Position numbers and translations under genes: made by a program
Shown: in pieces, positions 12,001 to 18,000 of the stretch
How positions within the stretch are numbered: the first letter of the stretch is position 1
How the letters are laid out: each line of letters starts with the position of its first letter
The notes under the pieces: generated by a model
Databases searched by the model: none
What the model saw: only the letters and a program-made list of their open reading frames with translations
Told to the model about the DNA's origin: nothing
Assembly: GCA_001724265.1 (NCBI GenBank)
Contig: MEDY01000033.1
Coordinates: 124,001 to 188,000, forward strand
Source: Rhizaria sp. SCN 62-66
Lineage: Eukaryota
DNA length: 64,000 bases
Direction of reading: 5' to 3'

Positions 12001-15000
12001 TTGCTGATGCCGCTACTTGGATCACAACTTGCACTTCAGTCAGCCCATGAAGTTTTGCGTGGCAGTGAAAGCAACTTTGCCGACGACGACGGCGGCATCC
12101 CTCAGCAAGCCGATGCCAACGCCCTGGCTGTTCATGCTCACAGTGAGACTAGTCTGATCCGTTCTCGTCGTCCTTTGCTGCTGCTAGGCCCTGGCACTGC
12201 TGCCGCTGCTGCTGGTGGCGCCGCGTGTGGAGCTCCCGGTGCGCTTGCTCTGTCGGTGACCGAGGCACTGGTGTTCACTGCGTCGTCGCTGCGCCCCACC
12301 ACGCCTACTGTCGCGCTTGCCCTCCGCGGCTCAGAGGCGGCTGAAGAGACCGAGGAACAGAAGGAACCATTGGTTACTGTGGCGACTGAGGCCATCCCAG
12401 TCCCGTTGACGTTTGACTGGGAAACGCGCATCTGCGGCCGCGATGAAGCACGCATCAAGATCAAGAGCGACACAAAGACTGCGCGGTTGAGGCGTGCGCG
12501 AAAGCTTGAGTTAATGGGGCATGTTGAGAGGACGGATATTTTTCCTCTTCAACCGTTTCAATGTGCATACTCAAAAACAATGATCGCACGCGCGCTCAAA
12601 AACTACCGTATGCTCAAAGACACGTCAGCGGACACGTCAACTGGCAGCAGTGGACATGGCGGTAGTGTAGGGCTGTTGATTATCCCACCTCGCCCTCAAG
12701 CGTTGCTCACGGTTGTTGGTGCTGGGCTTGGAATGCCTTCTCTCGTCAGCAACGACTCGGAGTTGGCGCTTTACACGCTTGCCACTGATGACACAACAGC
12801 AACGACGACCACGGGAGCCCGGCGCTCTCGTGCCAATGCGCACAGTAAAGCGATTGTGGCAGAGTCACGCGCCGCGTACGCGCGCCGTAGCTTCGGTCTC
12901 CTTTCCGCTGCGTGTGCCACTGTGTTTGCGCCTGAAAGCGCCGCAGCGCTAGTTGACGTACTCGTGCGCGCAGTGACTGTGGCGGCTGTGCAGGGTGCTG
13001 TGGCGCCTGCAGTTGCGACGGCACCGGTTGCTGCGCTGCCCGCAACGACGCTCTCACGCGCCAAGCTCCGTCGCATCTCTGCCGCACCTGCTGCGACAGC
13101 GATCACTGCTGGGGCCGTAGTTAAGGTAAACACGTCGAGTGTGGATGCGGCAGCATCTGCGGCGCGATCTTACGATGATGGCAAGAGTGACAATCTGCGC
13201 GATGTGATGCTTGAGCTTGTTGGAGACGCGATGGCGCAGCACGACGACACGTCCGCTGCGAGTAGCGGGTTACACCTACTATCAAGCTTGCTGCAGGTTG
13301 GCCACACTACCGCTGTATCTGCCACTGTAACGCGTGATAACCTCTCGCACACGTCGAGCATCGTAATCGACCACTGGCGACAGCAACGGCAACATCTCGG
13401 GAGTGAAACGGCACTGCGCAAATCATCGCAAGACCGACTTCCCAATGATGTTGCCGCCGCTGCCCGTTTGGACGCAGATGCTTTACTCACGGTCACACGG
13501 ATGCCTCCACTACCTTTCTGGCTGCAAGGCCCTCCGAAGCTATCCACGGCAGTCACGACATCAGCAACCGCTGCCAGCATGCAGACTGCATTGAAAGGTG
13601 AGACTGAAATTGTTGCGTTTCGGCAGTGGGTCCGTTCTCAACTGCACACAATCTCTTTTCCGCAGCCGCTGCTCACGCGCTCCAACGCCATCACAGCGCA
13701 CTGCTCCCTCGCCCCCTCGCAGCGCTCGTGGCAGGCCGTGCGCCTGCTCCCCTGGCTGGTGACCTGGCACGCGCCGAACCCCATCGTCACCGCCCCTCTG
13801 CTCCTGCTCCCCTACGCGCTGCGCACCGACGTCCACCTCGCCAGCGCGCTCGTGCGCTCCGCGGCGGCCCTCGCGCTTACCGTCGCCACCGGCGCCGCGG
13901 GCTCCGGCGCGCGCGCTGCTGTGGGACTGGACAGCGATCTGCGGTCGTTCCTGAAGCGCACGTTCGAGGAGAGAAAGTGGCTTGCCGCCAGGAAGAGCAA
14001 GGCTGCCGCGCTCGCTGCCGCCGGTACGCCCGTGCTTGGACGGCCTGCCGGCAGCAGCAGTCAGCTGAACGCGGCGATTGACGCGTCAGAAGCTGTTGTG
14101 CTGTGGCGGAGGCTCGCCAAGGACGCTCTGCTTGATCTCATGTCTGTGACTGCAGGCATGGTCGCGTTCAGCTTTGCGTGCCCGAGCTTGAAGCCGTCGA
14201 CTACACAGGTTGAATCTAGGCGCACGAAGCTTGCGCGCAAGAAAGCTGCCAAGGCTGCCTGGCTCGCGAGCCCGAGGGGCAACAACAGCAACAACAGTAA
14301 CAGTAGCAATAACAGCTTTGCCAATATCGACGAGGATGTGCTCAATGATGTGAACATCAACAGTGATGGCGATGATGGCGGAGACGACTATGCAGACGGT
14401 GAGGATGGCGCTGAGGGTGGCCAGTCAAACTTCCGCCAAGCCATTTCTGCACAGCAATTGCGTGACTTGGCACAGTACCTTACCGACACGGTGATCCCGC
14501 CCCCGCGTGAGGGTCGTGAAGACGTTGTTTTGACAGAAAAACGTGCTGCTACAAAGTATTTGGACGCTTATCGTGAGGCGTACGCCCGCGAGATGGCGCA
14601 GAAACATGGCAAGTCGGGAATTATTGCGTGTTACTTGCTGGGAGTACATTTCATGCATGAAACATTACGTGTTCGCGAAATGAAAAATATCACCACGGAT
14701 CGAGCGTTCATGCTCAAGCGGCGCGTGATGGCGCCTGCGAATGAGAATCTGCCTCTTAACGGCCGTGCGTGCCCCCCATATACGGTTATCGTGACAGACC
14801 CTGTCAAAACCGTTGCGGCAATGACAGTGCTTATCCGCAAATCGAAGATGTATTATGCTGAAATTGCTCTGCAGCGCGACTTTACGATGCAGCAGAGGCT
14901 GCCTCAGCATCTGCGGCTGGCACGTCAGCATCTCTTGCATACGTACTTGAGCAAAGTCATGAGTGCCAATGCAAACGCGGCTGCGGTTATGGCTGTCAAG

Positions 15001-18000
15001 ACACGCGCATGCACGGAGTCTAACCTCTTTTCACTCGTCTCAACCGTGCTTGCGTCAAGCAAAGACACGACCGCGTCGGCGGTGCATGCCAGCACTCGTG
15101 ACAACACCGCCTATGTGGGCGGTGCTTCACTCATCAAGACGGTTGCTTTCCCCGACCCTGCCCTGTCTGGTGTTCTTGGTAACCCGATGCGGCTCGATTT
15201 TTCGCGCTTCTTTAACCACATCCCTTTTGCTGGTGTACTCACCGCGGCCGGTCTCCCCCCCGCCACAGTCACCACTGTCACCGAACACGTCCGCAGCTTC
15301 CTCGTCGACGGCGGCACTAGCGTAATCGCCTCGCGGCCCCCGCGCACCCCGAGGCCGCCCCCTCAAGACCCCGCCGCAGCCAGGGCCTTGCGGCGCCAGA
15401 AGTCTCTTGCCAAGGCCGCCGAGAAGCGCGCGGCCAGGGTTGCGCTCAAGCTGGCGCGGCTCGAAGGCGCCCGCGCGATCGTGGCGTCGCGGAAGGCTGC
15501 GCGGGAAGAGCGCCGCGCCGCGGCCCAGCTCGAAAAGGAAGAGCGCGCGGTCCTGGCCTCTCTCAAACGGGAGGGCCGACTCACGGTCGCGGTTGAGGCA
15601 GCAAGGGAGGCGAAGAAAGTGGCGCTGGCGGTGCGACTGGCGGCGCGGGAGCGGATGAAGAGGGCCGAGACGGCTCTCACTGTCGCTGTCAGGCGCGTTC
15701 GGCGCAAGCCCGCCGCCGCTACGTCTGCTGCTTCGGTGGTGCGACAAGAGGATCTGCTGCAGGAGCAATGGGGGACGAATGTTCAACAGAACCGGCCGCC
15801 GTTGCTGGAAACGCCGGAGCAGCGCGCTCAACGTGAGCTCTTGCGTGCCCAACAGCGCGGCAGCGTTGTCTTGCAACGTTGGAGCACGTCCCCAGGGCCG
15901 TTCTCACAGGACACCGTGCATGTGATGTGCCGTAGGTTGTGCAAGTTCTTCTTGCAGATGTACGTGTTTGTCATGAGGGGTCTGCGGGGCCAAGTCAAGC
16001 TTTTTGCGTCGCCCGACGCGCGGGCCGTTGTCTTCACCGCGATTGGTGTGGTGACGACGCCGCGCCCCGCTCTTGCTCCGACCGCGATGTCCTGGACAGA
16101 GGCTGTGCCTGCAGAGGTCACGGCGGCGCTTGAGGAGCCGACGCTGCGCGCTGCGATGCGTGTCGCGTGGCGGCCCGCGCAGGGCCAGCGCTTCCCTGCG
16201 CGCGCTCTGCTGCCGGCTACAGTGGCCACGGCCGCAAACGCAGTTAAACCGAGGAGCTCCAGTGATAAGGAGTCGGCTCAAGCCGCACTCTCGCCGTCCA
16301 GTTTCACTGCAGGTGACGATAACGCAAAAGATGACGAAAATGGCAAGTCTGCCGATGTTTGCAGTGTGGGTAGCAGTAGTGCGTCGACTGTGCAGTCCAT
16401 AGCAGCGGCGGCCCAGGTCTACGCCGCGGCTGCCGCAGCCACATTAGTCGCCGCCCAAGACCACGATCAGGCACAGCAGCAGATGCAGTGGGCGATGGCG
16501 CAGCGCGACATCCACTGGCACGTACGCACAGATGCTGAGCTTGTGAAGCTATGTACGCTTGCGGAAGGCGCCATCGCGGTTGGTCGCACTGATATCATCG
16601 TCGACATCGTCGCATTGGTGCTTTGGAACACGCTGGAAGTTGCCGCGGCCGCGACATGCCGCACGCCGCACGCCGGAAGCACGCTGCCGCTGCAGTCGGT
16701 GCTGCTCGACGCGAAACTAACTCAGTACACATACAGCGCAGCTGGATTGTCGGTGTCGAACATGCTTATTACCAAGACACTGTTTGATATTGTTGCTGCG
16801 GCTGCCCCGGGCTTTCAACGGAAGGGCCGCGGCGCGTATTACCTGGCCATGGACAAAAACGGCTCTCCTGGTCACAGCTCTCGCGCAAGTTCGAGTTCTA
16901 GTTCAAGTGCGGCCTCTGGTAGAGTCTACACTGCACCGCAACCTGGGTTGTTTGCACTCTCTCTTCAGCAAGAACGCCAGCAGCCAAAGCAGCAACAGCC
17001 GACCGCTGGGCGCGCTTTGCCGTCGCAGCCGCTCTCCCGCTCTGTGCTCACCTCGCTCACCGTCACGGAGACCGCCCCCACCACGGACCTCCTCCACCGC
17101 GTGCCCTGGCTTCCCACTCTCCTGCACACCGACGCACCCGACGCCAACACGCAGGCTCACAGCAGCGCTAGTATTGACCGCAAGGCGGACGAGCAGTGGC
17201 GGTTTGCGTTCTGCTCCCCCGAGTCTGTTGACAGCGCCGCAGCGGTCACGTTGTGCTACGGCGCTTCCCGCCCCGTGGACCCCGCGCTGACCGCCATCAT
17301 CCGCTCCCCGGCCTTCCTCCACTGCGCACTGCTGTGCTCGCGCGTGCTCCGCGCCAGCGGCCACCCCGTGCAGGCGCGCGGGCTGCTCACCTGGGCGCTG
17401 CTCGCCTCCGACGCGACGCCGGTCACCGCGCCCCACTCGACGGTCCTTGCAACGCCCAGAGCGCCCGGCTTCCGCGGCGGCGGGGCGTCGCGGGTGTCGG
17501 TGATGGAACTGTTCGAGCGCGCCACTAAGGACGTAATGGATGCATCGACCGTGGGGAAAGGGGTCGGTGAAACGGCACTCACTTCTGAAGCGTCTCTTCA
17601 GTGCGAGAACGTGAAGAGCATGCGTGCAGAGAGTGACGTGTCTGTCGGCGCCACTGACACTGCAGCAGCCGCGACAGCAACCGCAGCAAGTAAACCTGCA
17701 TTGGACACTGTGCTAGTGCCGGGAGATCGAGTGACTAAGGTGACTGTATCCCTGCCTACAGCACTATGGAGTAATGCTAAAGCTTGCGATGACCTCGCAA
17801 CAAGCACTGCGAGCTTAGGTGACTTCTGTTCACAGAAACCCCAGCAAAAACAGTCCCAAAGCGTTATGTCTGATGACATCTCTCCTAACGACTCTCGTAG
17901 GCGCGCGAGTGCGCGTGCTGATATTCACGATAGTCGTGCGAATACGGAGAACAGTAGCAGTGCTATCGGTTGCGGTAACCCAGCCAGTAACAATGGTCAG